The notes: generated by a model not told the origin, from the letters alone. A stretch of DNA of 64,000 bases from an uncultured virus (IMG/VR IMGVR_UViG_3300022660_000072) (IMGVR_UViG_3300022660_000072); one strand, 5' to 3'; counted from the first letter of the stretch, positions 9,522-19,305 are shown. Numbers and translations are program-made.

Positions 9522-9950
9522 ATGATAGTACATGACATATACCTACCGGACTACGATTGGCATTGCAAGGTCTTCTACTCAGTGACCACTTATTGGGTGG
9601 AAGACATACTGAATGAACTCAAAAGAATTGGATGTTCAGGAGAGAAGTATAGGAGAGCAAAGGAGAATCTTGAGTCCGGAGAACTTAATACTGGCTTTAC
9701 TTATTCCAATAGCAGAAAGGGAGAGACTGTCATGGTGATTGCCAAGACTAGTAGTCCAGATGAGTTCGCTCATTCCTACGACCATGAGAAAGGTCATCTT
9801 GCTAAACACATTGCCTTGGCTTATGATATTGATCCGTATGGAGAGGAGTTTCAGTATATGAGCGGTGACATAGCCAAGAAGATGTTCTCAGTTGCAAAGA
9901 TGTTCATGTGCGATTGCTGTAGGAAGAAACTGTACAAGGGATTAGAGTGA
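9522..9950 (+). CDS. HExxH zincin-like protein
   Basis: DHEKGH followed by GEE; C-terminal CDCC. Confidence 0.55.
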   Translation: MIVHDIYLPDYDWHCKVFYSVTTYWVEDILNELKRIGCSGEKYRRAKENLESGELNTGFTYSNSRKGETVMVIAKTSSPDEFAHSYDHEKGHLAKHIALAYDIDPYGEEFQYMSGDIAKKMFSVAKMFMCDCCRKKLYKGLE

Positions 9951-9982
9951 GCATTAGAATACTCACATATCCATAACGCATG

Positions 9983-10023
9983 AAAAAACCCTGCTTCGAT
10001 TCTCACCGGAGCAGGGTGCTTTT
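9983..10023. terminator. Bidirectional terminator
   Basis: aaaaaaccctgcttcg...cggagcagggtgctttt between convergent ORFs. Confidence 0.6.
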
Positions 10024-10025
10024 CA

Positions 10026-10163
10026 TCATTCCTCCTTTTCTTTTAGTTTGTTAAACAATCTTTCTGCCATATCCGTCCCCTCACTGACTGGGTCGGCAGC
10101 CTTGCCAATCAGTCTTGTCGCAAACACAAGTGCGGAAAGTCTAATGAAATCAATGTCTGTCAT
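10026..10163 (-). CDS. Small 45 aa protein (not in ORF track)
   Basis: MTDIDFIRLSALVFATRLIGKAADPVSEGTDMAERLFNKLKEKEE; double stop, then terminator. Confidence 0.5.
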   Translation of the reverse strand: MTDIDFIRLSALVFATRLIGKAADPVSEGTDMAERLFNKLKEKEE

Positions 10164-10284
10164 GTTAGTGAAAATGAACTTGACATAACAAAGGCACAAT
10201 GTATGCCATTATATAATATAGGTGTTCGAAGTTGTTGCCTTTGTGGTTTTCAGAGATTGCCAGGAATGAGGCTAAAAACAAAGA

Positions 10285-10529
10285 AAAAAGCCACTTTTAC
10301 CTCTGCGCATCACTCTGCGGAAAGTTTTAAGTGGCTCAAAAAAAGTAAGTTATAAAGTTGAATGGTGATTCGGTTGGAAGGGAATCGCAAGAAGTGGAAT
10401 CCTTACCAAAGCCGATATTTCGTCATTATTTTGTCTGTCTCTTTCATTATCATTACTTGTCTATGTAAAGGTCGCATGATGAGATTCTAAGTTTCGTCAT
10501 TGTTTTTTACCTCTGCGTTTCCCTCTGCA
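10285..10529. other. Putative attP: core about 10363-10377 resembling a tRNA 3' end, with arm-type repeats
   Basis: Minus strand reads ccaaccgaatcacca (CCA end); tandem ctctgc repeats at 10295-10319 and 10505-10529; adjacent to integrase 3' end. Confidence 0.6.
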
Positions 10530-11800
10530 TTTGGCTTCGTGAAGAAAGAATGCGTCATAAGCATTTCGGCATTTTCCTCCTCGGAGATTTTTATGTACTT
10601 GAGGAATGTGCTTTCTTTCTTGTGTCCGGTAATCTTCATTATTGAGACAGTCGGTATTCCTGCCTTGTATGCATTGGTTGCAAACGAACGCCTGGCAGTG
10701 TGACTGCTTATCAGTTCATACTTCGGAGAAGATAACTGCACAGCTTTTCCTCCCACGTTCTTTGTGTAGGTGACTTCTTCGGAAATGCCGGCAAGCTTCG
10801 CCACTTCCTTGATGTGCTTGTTAAGCTTCTGATCGGTCATTGTTGTTGAGAAGTCGTATCCTCTGTCGATGATTTCCTGGACCACCCAATGAATAGGAAT
10901 GACTGACTTGATGCCTGTCTTCTTTGCTTGTATCCTCACCTTGTCTGTGATGTTCTCAGGAAGAAGCCTAGAGTAGTCTGATACTCGCAGTCCGGTGAAT
11001 GCTCCGATTAGAAACATGTCCCTTGCCTTTGTGTAAGCCTTTATCTTTCGCTGTGTCTGCCAAATGTCTATTCCGTTGAAACTTTCTTGAATTGTTGTTT
11101 CATTGATTTCAAGGTTGTGAAGCTTTAAAAGCTCGTCTTCGGTAAGGTAGATGCTGTCCACCTGGGATGAAGGAGCCAAAAATCCACGGCTTTTGAAGTC
11201 AATATTTGAGTGGAGCTTATCAACTATCATTGCTTCGTTGATAACGAGCTTAAGGACCTTTATTGTCTCCCCAAGGTAGTTTGCAGAATGACCTTTCAAG
11301 TAGAACCATTCTGTGAACCGGTTATAGAAGTCCTGGTTGATGTCTTCGAAGCGTAATGTAACTTTCTTTTCAGACTGATATTCAGTGACGATGTTTTTTG
11401 CAAGCCTGTAGTGCTTCACTCGTCCTGGAGACCTTGTTTTCTCATACCTTTTTATGAATGTGTCGAAATAGTCCACCAAAGACGTAGGAGTTCTGTATCC
11501 GTCCTTGAATCTTCGCTTTTCAAGTTCTTCCTTGAATTCGTCAGAAGAAGGAGGCGACATCCTGTCCTTGAAATGTTCGATTGTCTCGGAAGCTGCCGTT
11601 CTCCACTTTTCTACCTGCGAATTGATTAGAGAGCCTTCCGGATACGATGATGTTACCCTTGATACCTGCTTCTTTGTGTTCCACATTGCTGTGTCCACGC
11701 TCTCGCCGATATACTTAGAGTAGTGCTTACCCTTGAAGTATATCTCCATTTTGATAGGCGACTTTTCTCGCCCTCTGTTAGTGAGATAGAAGCAGATCAT
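10487..11800 (-). CDS. int: Tyrosine integrase
   Basis: TGLRVSD, K, SSHTARRSFAT, ITGH, FLKY catalytic motifs; arm and SAM-like N-terminal regions. Confidence 0.95.
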   Translation of the reverse strand: MICFYLTNRGREKSPIKMEIYFKGKHYSKYIGESVDTAMWNTKKQVSRVTSSYPEGSLINSQVEKWRTAASETIEHFKDRMSPPSSDEFKEELEKRRFKDGYRTPTSLVDYFDTFIKRYEKTRSPGRVKHYRLAKNIVTEYQSEKKVTLRFEDINQDFYNRFTEWFYLKGHSANYLGETIKVLKLVINEAMIVDKLHSNIDFKSRGFLAPSSQVDSIYLTEDELLKLHNLEINETTIQESFNGIDIWQTQRKIKAYTKARDMFLIGAFTGLRVSDYSRLLPENITDKVRIQAKKTGIKSVIPIHWVVQEIIDRGYDFSTTMTDQKLNKHIKEVAKLAGISEEVTYTKNVGGKAVQLSSPKYELISSHTARRSFATNAYKAGIPTVSIMKITGHKKESTFLKYIKISEEENAEMLMTHSFFTKPNAEGNAEVKNNDET

Positions 11801-12063
11801 GGTTCAATCATTTCGCCCTTTCCGAAAAAGAGCCAGTTCAGTGATATGTTGTAGTCCCTCGCTATATAATATATGTATTCAATCTTGAGTCGCTTTTCTT
11901 CAGGATGATTCTTTGACCATGTGAGAGAGAAGCGGCTTACATCCCATAATGTAGCTATAGTTCCAAGTCCTCTGATTCTCCTTGTTTCCACAAGGTAGTC
12001 AACAGCCTGGAAGAATCTTGCATTTATATCAATGGCAGCCTTTGGTATTTGAGTAGATGGCAT
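11797..12063 (-). CDS. Small HTH-like DNA-binding protein
   Basis: Ends YNISLNWLFFGKGEM like XRE/CI N-domains. Confidence 0.6.
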   Translation of the reverse strand: MPSTQIPKAAIDINARFFQAVDYLVETRRIRGLGTIATLWDVSRFSLTWSKNHPEEKRLKIEYIYYIARDYNISLNWLFFGKGEMIEP

Positions 12064-12087
12064 CTGTTTTCTGTGGTTAGTTTGTGA

Positions 12088-13020
12088 CTAGTATCCCTTG
12101 GCTACATTGAGCAGGTGTTCCTTATATTTATTAAGGTCTGATGCTTTTGAATAGTCCATAGTGCTGCTTTCGCTTGCAGGAGGAAAGATTATCATCCCCT
12201 TGCCCTTGTATGCCCTGCATAGCCACTTGGACTGGTTGTCAAGGAACAGTGTCTCGTGTTCCTTATACTTCACAGAAAAGACCCTTGATGGCTCCGCAAA
12301 GTCGCTCAGTATGTGTCTTGCAACTTCGACCAATGACAGACCGTCTGAATTCTGTGTTGGTGATTCGAAGCCTGTCTCGGATGCAAGTATCTCCCTGCAT
12401 AGGCTTATGTTGTCTGTAGACTTGGCTACTCCTGCAGAATCAAGTATTAGTTCGATGAATCCGTCCGACATCTTAGTCACGTTCGATCTGTATGACTTGA
12501 TTATCTTGTCACGAAGCTCGGTCTCACGAATGTATCCTTGTATGGCTTCGTTGCTGAATCTGTCCTTGGAGAACATGTGCAGTTCTTCGATGACATCGTT
12601 TCCCATTTCAAGTAGGTTGAACTTAAGGAATGGTTCTTTGTCCATGATGTTCTGCTTTACTGTGTCAGAATAGAACCAATATTCGATGCCGTTTGTAATT
12701 ATGCCACACTTCGCCTCTGATGCTGCATAGTATTTCATGAGCTGTGGAGCATGTACAGCAAGGTTGCAAGTATGGTGCTTGCACTCTATGATTATTCGTA
12801 TTGATCCGTTGATAGATATTGCATAATCCACCTTGTCGCCACCTCTAGAAAGGTCGCAGTCCATTTCAGGTATCAGCTCATATGGGTTGAAAATGTCATA
12901 TCCAAGAGCAGACAGCATTGGCAGTATGAGTGCTGTTTTTGTAGCCTCCTCTGTTGTTATGGCATGGAGTGCATGAGTTGCTACATCCTTGATTTTTGCT
13001 ACCGATTCAAATAGATTCAT
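12088..13020 (-). CDS. HsdR N-terminal-like (PD-(D/E)xK) nuclease domain protein
   Basis: EEATK..LI.P.L..LGYD, KVDYAI, IIIECK, ITNG..Y.FY. Confidence 0.8.
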   Translation of the reverse strand: MNLFESVAKIKDVATHALHAITTEEATKTALILPMLSALGYDIFNPYELIPEMDCDLSRGGDKVDYAISINGSIRIIIECKHHTCNLAVHAPQLMKYYAASEAKCGIITNGIEYWFYSDTVKQNIMDKEPFLKFNLLEMGNDVIEELHMFSKDRFSNEAIQGYIRETELRDKIIKSYRSNVTKMSDGFIELILDSAGVAKSTDNISLCREILASETGFESPTQNSDGLSLVEVARHILSDFAEPSRVFSVKYKEHETLFLDNQSKWLCRAYKGKGMIIFPPASESSTMDYSKASDLNKYKEHLLNVAKGY

Positions 13021-13025
13021 GACTT

Positions 13026-13454
13026 TTAGTTTTTGGACAGGTTTTTGATAATTTCGAGGAGCTGTTTAATATACGCATCCTGTTCTGCACACTTTTGTTG
13101 TAATATGAGTAAGATGTTTTTCATAGACTCCGAGTCTTCTAAGTTAAGCCCGACCACTTTCTGGCTTCCGCTCCCATTGTTGACGAGCTCTCCGATAGAA
13201 ATGTTTATGCCGTCAGACTTGAGCATTGAACCCTCCCCGGTCTTGAGCCATTCCTTATTAAATATATCGGAGAATGTGGAGCCAATTCTCGAAACGAACA
13301 GGCTGTCGGTAAGGCATTTTTCGCTTCCGCTGAATGCACTTGTAATGCTAGAGTAATTCATTTCAAGCATTTGTGCGAATTCCTTTTTTGTATGTACGAT
13401 TCCTTTGCTTCTCAAGTAATCGTAAATGATTCCAAGCTGTTCTTTTCTGTCCAT
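13026..13454 (-). CDS. CI-like repressor (HTH plus coiled coil)
   Basis: TKKEFAQML HTH, FNKEWLKTGEGSM; divergent from cro-like gene. Confidence 0.75.
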   Translation of the reverse strand: MDRKEQLGIIYDYLRSKGIVHTKKEFAQMLEMNYSSITSAFSGSEKCLTDSLFVSRIGSTFSDIFNKEWLKTGEGSMLKSDGINISIGELVNNGSGSQKVVGLNLEDSESMKNILLILQQKCAEQDAYIKQLLEIIKNLSKN

Positions 13455-13477
13455 AATACGTATTTTTAGAACTATTA

Positions 13478-13565
13478 TTTGGAAAATCCAAACTAAATGC
13501 CTAATTTTACACCATGATATAATTATATAATGACAAACTTAGTAAAAAGAGTTGCAAAATGCAAC
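13478..13565. promoter_or_regulatory. Immunity switch: face-to-face promoters with two palindromic operators
   Basis: tttggaaaatccaaa (13478-92) with taatttta rightward; gttgcaaaatgcaac (13551-65) with TAAGTTTG leftward (13541-34). Confidence 0.6.
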
Positions 13566-13575
13566 ATGTAAAGCA

Positions 13576-13788
13576 ATGAATCTGAAAGAGTATTATGAAA
13601 ATCTTCCTCATTCGTCAGCTCCGAAGCAGGAGTTCGTGAGGGAGTTGGCAACAGCCTGCAATGTTACTGAGACTGCTGTCAGAAATTGGATTAAAGGTAG
13701 GGCGAGACCTGCGGAGCAGGATCATGTTGACTACATCAGTCAGGTGACAAAGATTCCTGCAGAGGAGCTTTTCCCAGAAAGGTGTTAG
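13576..13788 (+). CDS. Cro-like HTH regulator
   Basis: ELATACNVTETAVRNWIKGRARP HTH. Confidence 0.8.
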   Translation: MNLKEYYENLPHSSAPKQEFVRELATACNVTETAVRNWIKGRARPAEQDHVDYISQVTKIPAEELFPERC

Positions 13789-13818
13789 TGTTCAATTAAA
13801 AATGAAAGGGAGTAGCTT

Positions 13819-14157
13819 ATGAATGTTGTAGATGCGGTATCTGACCTTGTGAGTTCCAACACAGTTCTTCGTGAGCAGGTTGAGACACTTAAAAGCAGAT
13901 GCAATAGCCTTGAGAAGTTGAATGAAGAAATGCAGTCTCATTCTTGTGATTGCAGAAGATTCTACAACAGCACACTTACCACTGCGGTTGTGGCAGAGCT
14001 TCACTCTGTATCCCCGGAGCTTGTAAGAAAGTATGTAAGGATGGGAATGATTCCTACGCACCCGATGAGTTGCGATGCCAAAATACTCATTCGTGCATCA
14101 GATGCCTTGCTGCTTGACTTCGTTGAGATGAAAAGAAAACTGTTATATAGTAAGTAA
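13819..14157 (+). CDS. Excisionase-like winged-helix protein
   Basis: LTTAVVAELHSVSPELVRKYVRMGMIP. Confidence 0.55.
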   Translation: MNVVDAVSDLVSSNTVLREQVETLKSRCNSLEKLNEEMQSHSCDCRRFYNSTLTTAVVAELHSVSPELVRKYVRMGMIPTHPMSCDAKILIRASDALLLDFVEMKRKLLYSK

Positions 14158-14160
14158 GTT

Positions 14161-16119
14161 ATGAAGGAAGTATTTTTAAGAAACATGACCATTGACAACT
14201 TCAAGGGTATAAGCCACTTTGAGGTTGACATTGATTGCCTGTTGACACAGATTCGTGGAAACAACGGCACGGGTAAGACCAGTGTGTATGATGCCTATCT
14301 ATGGCTTCTCACTGGCAAGGATTCTAAAGGTAGTGAATCGTTCAAGGTTCAGCCTGTCGATCAGAACAATGAGACTATTCCGAAGCTGATGACAACAGTT
14401 TCATGCAGATTCTCTGTTGATGGAGTAGAGACAGTATTCAAGAGGTGCTTGAGTCAGAAATGGTCAAAGCCAAAGGGTACTGATAAGGAAGTTCTCAAAG
14501 GCAATAGCACTGACTATTTCATAGATGATGTTCCTGTCACTGCAATAGCCTTCAACGCAAAGATAAAGGAATCATTCTGTGATGCAGACAAGCTTCGTAT
14601 GATTTCATCGGTCTTCCAGTTCTTTTCGTTGCCGGTAAAGGATGCAAGATCGCTATTGGTTCAGATGGCAGGAGAAATGCCGGACATCTTGACTGAGGAG
14701 GCATATCCAAGATTATTCAAGGACATCAAGGAAACAAAGTCGGTTGATGGTTCCAAGCAGAGAGCTCTGTTTGCCAGGAAAAGGGATGAGGAAGCAAGAA
14801 TCGGCATTCCTTTGAGGATTGACGAAAATGAGAGAAAGAGACCTACACATGATTTCGCTGCCCTTAAGTCGGAAGCTGAAAGGATTGAAAGGAGAATATC
14901 TGAAATTGATGGAGTTCTTCAAAGACATGCAGATGCCACTTTGTTTGATGCATGTGCAGACCTTAACAAGCAGTTGAACGAAATACGTAGTCAGATAGAG
15001 GACTGTGAAAGGTCATTCCGCAAGGAAAGGGAGGATGCCGTTTATCAGCACAAGTCGCAGATAGAAGCCATTGGAAGAAAGATTGGAGCATTCAGTGCTG
15101 ACATATCCTCTTTGGAAAGAAAGTCTCAGATGCTTGATATTGAGATTAACGAGTATCAGAAGAATCTTAAGGCATGTGGAGAGGAATGGACAAAGGTTAA
15201 TGCAAGTGAGTTCAAGGATACAGTTGATGCAGCCTGCCCTACTTGTGGCCGTCCGTTCGATGAAGATGTTGTTGCTGAAAGGAGAAATGACCTTATCAGA
15301 AGATTCAATGTAGAAAAGGTTGAAAGACTGAAAGAAGTAAGGGAAAAGGGCAACAAGATTTCTGAGGCATTGACCAAGGCTAAGGAACAGAAGAATGAAA
15401 TTGATGAGAAGGTGGTGTCTTTCAAGAAAAGCAGAGGAGAGGCGGTTGAAGAAGAAAGCAGAGCTGTTTTAAAGCTTGATTCAGTACCTACTATAGAAAA
15501 TCTCAAGGAAGCAAGCAGGGAGTATATGACACTCATTTCAAAGGAGGCTTCTGTAAAGGAGAAGATTTCCATTGAAAAGGATAAGTCGCAGAAGGCTTAC
15601 GATGATTCTGAGATTGAAAATGAAAAGCTCTCTCTCAAGGCAAGGTTGAAGGATGTTCTCAGGATGTTGGGTGAGGAGTCCAGGATCAAGGAGATTGAAG
15701 AAAGAAGGTCTCAGTTGGAGCAGGAGGCTGTAGAAGTAGCTGCAAGACTGGCAGAACACGATGCTTTACTGCACGAGATTCAGAGATATGGTAAGGAAAG
15801 AATCAACGCTGTAGAGGAGAAGGTATCCGGAATGTTCAGCCTTGTAAAGTTTCAGATGTACGAAAGGAATGTTACCAATGATGGAGAAAAGGAAATATGT
15901 GAGCCGTTGGTCAATGGTGTTCCTTACTCCGGCAATCTCAACTATGCAGCAAAAGTAAATGCTGGTATTGACGTTGTGAACGCAATTTCTAAATGGCTTG
16001 GCATTTCGATGCCAATGTTCATAGACAACAAGGAATCTGTTTTCGAAATCATTGACCCGATAGGTCAGATTATCACTTTGACTGCAGATGAAACTTGTGA
16101 AAAACTTGTTGTTATGTAG
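14161..16119 (+). CDS. SMC/Rad50-like ATPase
   Basis: NFKG, Walker A GNNGTGKT, long coiled coil with CPTCG zinc hook, MFIDNKES Walker B. Confidence 0.88.
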   Translation: MKEVFLRNMTIDNFKGISHFEVDIDCLLTQIRGNNGTGKTSVYDAYLWLLTGKDSKGSESFKVQPVDQNNETIPKLMTTVSCRFSVDGVETVFKRCLSQKWSKPKGTDKEVLKGNSTDYFIDDVPVTAIAFNAKIKESFCDADKLRMISSVFQFFSLPVKDARSLLVQMAGEMPDILTEEAYPRLFKDIKETKSVDGSKQRALFARKRDEEARIGIPLRIDENERKRPTHDFAALKSEAERIERRISEIDGVLQRHADATLFDACADLNKQLNEIRSQIEDCERSFRKEREDAVYQHKSQIEAIGRKIGAFSADISSLERKSQMLDIEINEYQKNLKACGEEWTKVNASEFKDTVDAACPTCGRPFDEDVVAERRNDLIRRFNVEKVERLKEVREKGNKISEALTKAKEQKNEIDEKVVSFKKSRGEAVEEESRAVLKLDSVPTIENLKEASREYMTLISKEASVKEKISIEKDKSQKAYDDSEIENEKLSLKARLKDVLRMLGEESRIKEIEERRSQLEQEAVEVAARLAEHDALLHEIQRYGKERINAVEEKVSGMFSLVKFQMYERNVTNDGEKEICEPLVNGVPYSGNLNYAAKVNAGIDVVNAISKWLGISMPMFIDNKESVFEIIDPIGQIITLTADETCEKLVVM

Positions 16120-16173
16120 TTCGCAATCAATCACTTATGCATATATTTACAAGGCAAATCAAAAAAGTAAGTT

Positions 16174-16983
16174 ATGAATGAAGGAACAAATCAGATGACT
16201 GCCAATCAGATTGAAGTCATCAAGGCTCAGAGTGCAGCCGCATTCGCACTCACTCCAATCGGACAGCAGATAAAGCAGTTCGAGACACAGCAAAGAATGG
16301 CCAAGATGTATTCTGAGAGCACAATCGTGCCTGACACCTACAAAGGTAATCTTGGCAACTGTGTAATCGCATTGGACATGGCTATGAGAATGAATGCCAA
16401 TCCTCTTATGATTATGCAGAATCTCTACATTGTTCACGGCAATCCAGGCTGGTCTAGCAAGTTTTTGATTGCCACTATCAATGCAAGCGGTCAGTATGCA
16501 AGGCTCAGATATGAGTGGAAAGGAACGGAGGGTGCTGACGACTGGTCTTGCAGATGCTACACCTACGAAGCTGATGACAAGCTCAAGAAGGAGCCACTTT
16601 ACGGACAGTGGGTTTCTATCGGAATGGCAAAGGCAGAAGGTTGGTTCAACAAGAACGGAAGCAAATGGAAGACAATGCCAGGTCAGATGCTCATGTACAG
16701 AGCAGCAGCATTTTGGCAGAGGACAAACTGTCCGGAGATTGGCATGGGACTCATGACTGCAGAGGAGCTTCATGACACAGCAGAAGACCAGGGTTACGGA
16801 GTTCAGTCGGTAGAGGAGGAAATCAAGCAGAAAGCCAATGCCAAGACAATCAAGATTGACACAGCAGGTGCGGAGCCTGTGAATAATGCTTCTGAAATCA
16901 AGCAAGCCGAAACTGTGAAGCCGGTTCCAACCGCAGAAGCTCCTGTTGGTGCAAGTAATGACATTCCAGACTGGATGCAATAA
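16174..16983 (+). CDS. RecT-like single-strand annealing protein
   Basis: NC.IAL.MA.RM..NPLM.MQNLY.VHG.P.W; KW.TMP.QML.YRAA.FW.R. Confidence 0.75.
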   Translation: MNEGTNQMTANQIEVIKAQSAAAFALTPIGQQIKQFETQQRMAKMYSESTIVPDTYKGNLGNCVIALDMAMRMNANPLMIMQNLYIVHGNPGWSSKFLIATINASGQYARLRYEWKGTEGADDWSCRCYTYEADDKLKKEPLYGQWVSIGMAKAEGWFNKNGSKWKTMPGQMLMYRAAAFWQRTNCPEIGMGLMTAEELHDTAEDQGYGVQSVEEEIKQKANAKTIKIDTAGAEPVNNASEIKQAETVKPVPTAEAPVGASNDIPDWMQ

Positions 16984-17726
16984 TGAAGCTTACAGTGCTG
17001 GACAGCGGCTCTAGAGCCAACGGATATGTGCTACACGATGACCGAGAGGCACTGGTGTTGGAGTGCGGTTGCACTTACTCCAGATGCCTTGAGGCTGTCG
17101 GATTCGACAGGAGGAAGATTGTAGGTGCTTTGGTTACTCACGAACATGGCGATCATTGCCGTTATATTGAGCAATATCTAGAAGCAGCAATACCAACCCT
17201 CACTTCGAATGGTACAGTTGAAAATTGGCCGTTTAAAAAGCCAATCAGACCTAGGATTGTTGAATGTCTCAAGACTTATCAGCTTGGAGGCTTCAAAGTA
17301 ATGGCTTTCGATACTCAGCATGATTCGGCAGAGCCTATAGGATTCCTCATACAGCATGAAGCCATAGGTACTTTGCTATTCGCTACGGATACATACTATT
17401 TGAAGTACAAGTTCGATGACCTTACCCAGATAATGATTGAGTGCAATTACGATAACGGAATCCTTGAAAGGAATGTTGAAGCAGGAGTTATCAAGCCATT
17501 CGTAAAAGACCGCATTAAGCAGTCTCATATGTCGCTTGAAACCACAATATCCACTTTGAAGGCAAATGACATTTCAAGGGTAAACAATGTTGTCCTATTG
17601 CATCTATCGAGCAACAATTCGGATTCGGATATGTTCAAGACGAAAGTAGAGGAGTCAGTAGGTAAGATGGTGACTGTAGCAAGAAAGGGAGTTACGCTGT
17701 CCTTTAACAAGGAGATTACATTATGA
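16983..17726 (+). CDS. MBL-fold metallo-hydrolase (exonuclease partner)
   Basis: SGS..NGY, THEHGDH, HD, ATDT, ECNY, HMS, HLS. Confidence 0.9.
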   Translation: MKLTVLDSGSRANGYVLHDDREALVLECGCTYSRCLEAVGFDRRKIVGALVTHEHGDHCRYIEQYLEAAIPTLTSNGTVENWPFKKPIRPRIVECLKTYQLGGFKVMAFDTQHDSAEPIGFLIQHEAIGTLLFATDTYYLKYKFDDLTQIMIECNYDNGILERNVEAGVIKPFVKDRIKQSHMSLETTISTLKANDISRVNNVVLLHLSSNNSDSDMFKTKVEESVGKMVTVARKGVTLSFNKEITL

Positions 17727-18118
17727 TACCGCAGGAATATGAACAGAAATTCAAGCTGCTGAACGATGAGGCAGAGAGGATACAGTTGTTCGCTCAGAGT
17801 TGCCCTACAGATGATGCAAATGTGCTTGTTGACAGGCTGACTGACCTTAACCACTATATGGCAAGGACATCGGTAATGCTTGCAGAAGCAAAGATGATAC
17901 AAGACAAGTCACTGTTCGATGCATACATGGCATACGATTTCACTGGAATGCCTGCATCTGCAGTCAACAAGATGGTAGCATCAATGTGTGGAGAAGCCAA
18001 CATGCTTGTTAATTGGATTGAAAGGCTTAACAGGGCATTGGTCCACATCGGTGAGAACATGAGAACACAGATTTCGTTCAGCAAGGAACAGTTAAAGCTG
18101 ACACGTTCCGGATATTAG
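17723..18118 (+). CDS. Hypothetical helical protein
   Basis: 131 aa, coupled to upstream gene. Confidence 0.6.
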   Translation: MIPQEYEQKFKLLNDEAERIQLFAQSCPTDDANVLVDRLTDLNHYMARTSVMLAEAKMIQDKSLFDAYMAYDFTGMPASAVNKMVASMCGEANMLVNWIERLNRALVHIGENMRTQISFSKEQLKLTRSGY

Positions 18119-18130
18119 AATTGATTAAGA

Positions 18131-19060
18131 ATGGCAAGAATAAGAAGCATAAAGCCTGAGTTTTGGGATGACGAGCATATAGCATCACTGCCTATGGAGT
18201 GTAGGCTGTTCTATATCGGTTGCTGGACATTCGCAGATGACCAGGGTGTCTTCAATGCCAATCCGTCTTTTCTCAAGTCAAGGATTTTCCCATACGATGA
18301 TGATCTGAAAGTTTCAGAAGTCAAGGCATGGTTGAAGAAGCTTGAGGAACTTAAGATGATTATTCCTTTCACGCACAGCAGAGATAACTATTATGTCGTA
18401 AGAACATTCGCAGACCATCAGGTTGTTGATAAAAGATACTTCAAGAGGGTGGTTCCGGAAGAGGTTGTAGATAAGGTTTTGGGCATAAAATCGAACTCTA
18501 CAGGAGACCACGTAGAGACCACTACGAGCACCCCACGTGGTCACGCAGGGAACTCGACGCCGGATAGGATAGGAGAGGATAGTAATAGTATTGTTATTGT
18601 TAATAATACGCACGCACACGTGCGCGAGGAACAACAACAAGAAGTTTATTACGAATGTATCTTTTTTAGGAATATCAAGAATCCTAGACAAGAAGCAGAA
18701 AGGTTCTTCGGCCACAACGAATCGCACAAGTGGACAGGTAAGAGTGGAAAGGTATGGTCGACAGTAGAGGAGAGATTAGGACTTGCAATGCAGTGGAAGC
18801 CGCAGGAGGCTGGAGACAGATGTTCTGCAGATTTCCTCAAGATGTGGAAGTCGGTGTATGATGCAGTGAAAAGGTCGCAGCCGGATACAGCCATGAAGAT
18901 GCTTGATGAAAAGGCAGACGGAGGATGGAGAGGAGGAACGCCAGTTGTTTATTGCAAGTCAGATGTTGCAGCTTTCCTAAAGCAGAACATGGATATATTG
19001 GCTCCTTTCATGAACAAGTGGAGCAGAGGAGTTCAGATATCATTTCAACCCCCATATTAG
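18131..19060 (+). CDS. Phage replication initiator (replisome organiser-like)
   Basis: MARIRSIKPEFW, RLFYIG.W.FADD.G wHTH N-terminus, low-complexity linker. Confidence 0.75.
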   Translation: MARIRSIKPEFWDDEHIASLPMECRLFYIGCWTFADDQGVFNANPSFLKSRIFPYDDDLKVSEVKAWLKKLEELKMIIPFTHSRDNYYVVRTFADHQVVDKRYFKRVVPEEVVDKVLGIKSNSTGDHVETTTSTPRGHAGNSTPDRIGEDSNSIVIVNNTHAHVREEQQQEVYYECIFFRNIKNPRQEAERFFGHNESHKWTGKSGKVWSTVEERLGLAMQWKPQEAGDRCSADFLKMWKSVYDAVKRSQPDTAMKMLDEKADGGWRGGTPVVYCKSDVAAFLKQNMDILAPFMNKWSRGVQISFQPPY

Positions 19061-19062
19061 AC

Positions 19063-19305
19063 ATGAAGCCGAAAGTGATAATGTGCAAGGTGACTATATC
19101 GAAGGAAGGTATAGAGGCATTGAAAAAAGTTATTAGAATGGCAGAAGCCCATATTTCGGATTGGCAGTTTAATGACATAGACGAAAAGATGGCAGTAAGA
19201 CTGGCAAAAAGAATAGTTAGGGATTATGCCAAAGTTGAGAAAATTGAAAAAGTAAGATTGAAAGAATATGAAAGAGAACAAAAAGATTCAGACAAAAAAG
19301 AATGA
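19063..19305 (+). CDS. Hypothetical protein
   Basis: ORF right after the initiator. Confidence 0.5.
   Translation: MKPKVIMCKVTISKEGIEALKKVIRMAEAHISDWQFNDIDEKMAVRLAKRIVRDYAKVEKIEKVRLKEYEREQKDSDKKE

Noticed and set aside
16159..16980. 273 aa minus-strand ORF and the many other antisense ORFs in the track
   Set aside because: Shadows of well-supported genes on the opposite strand, with no recognisable motifs
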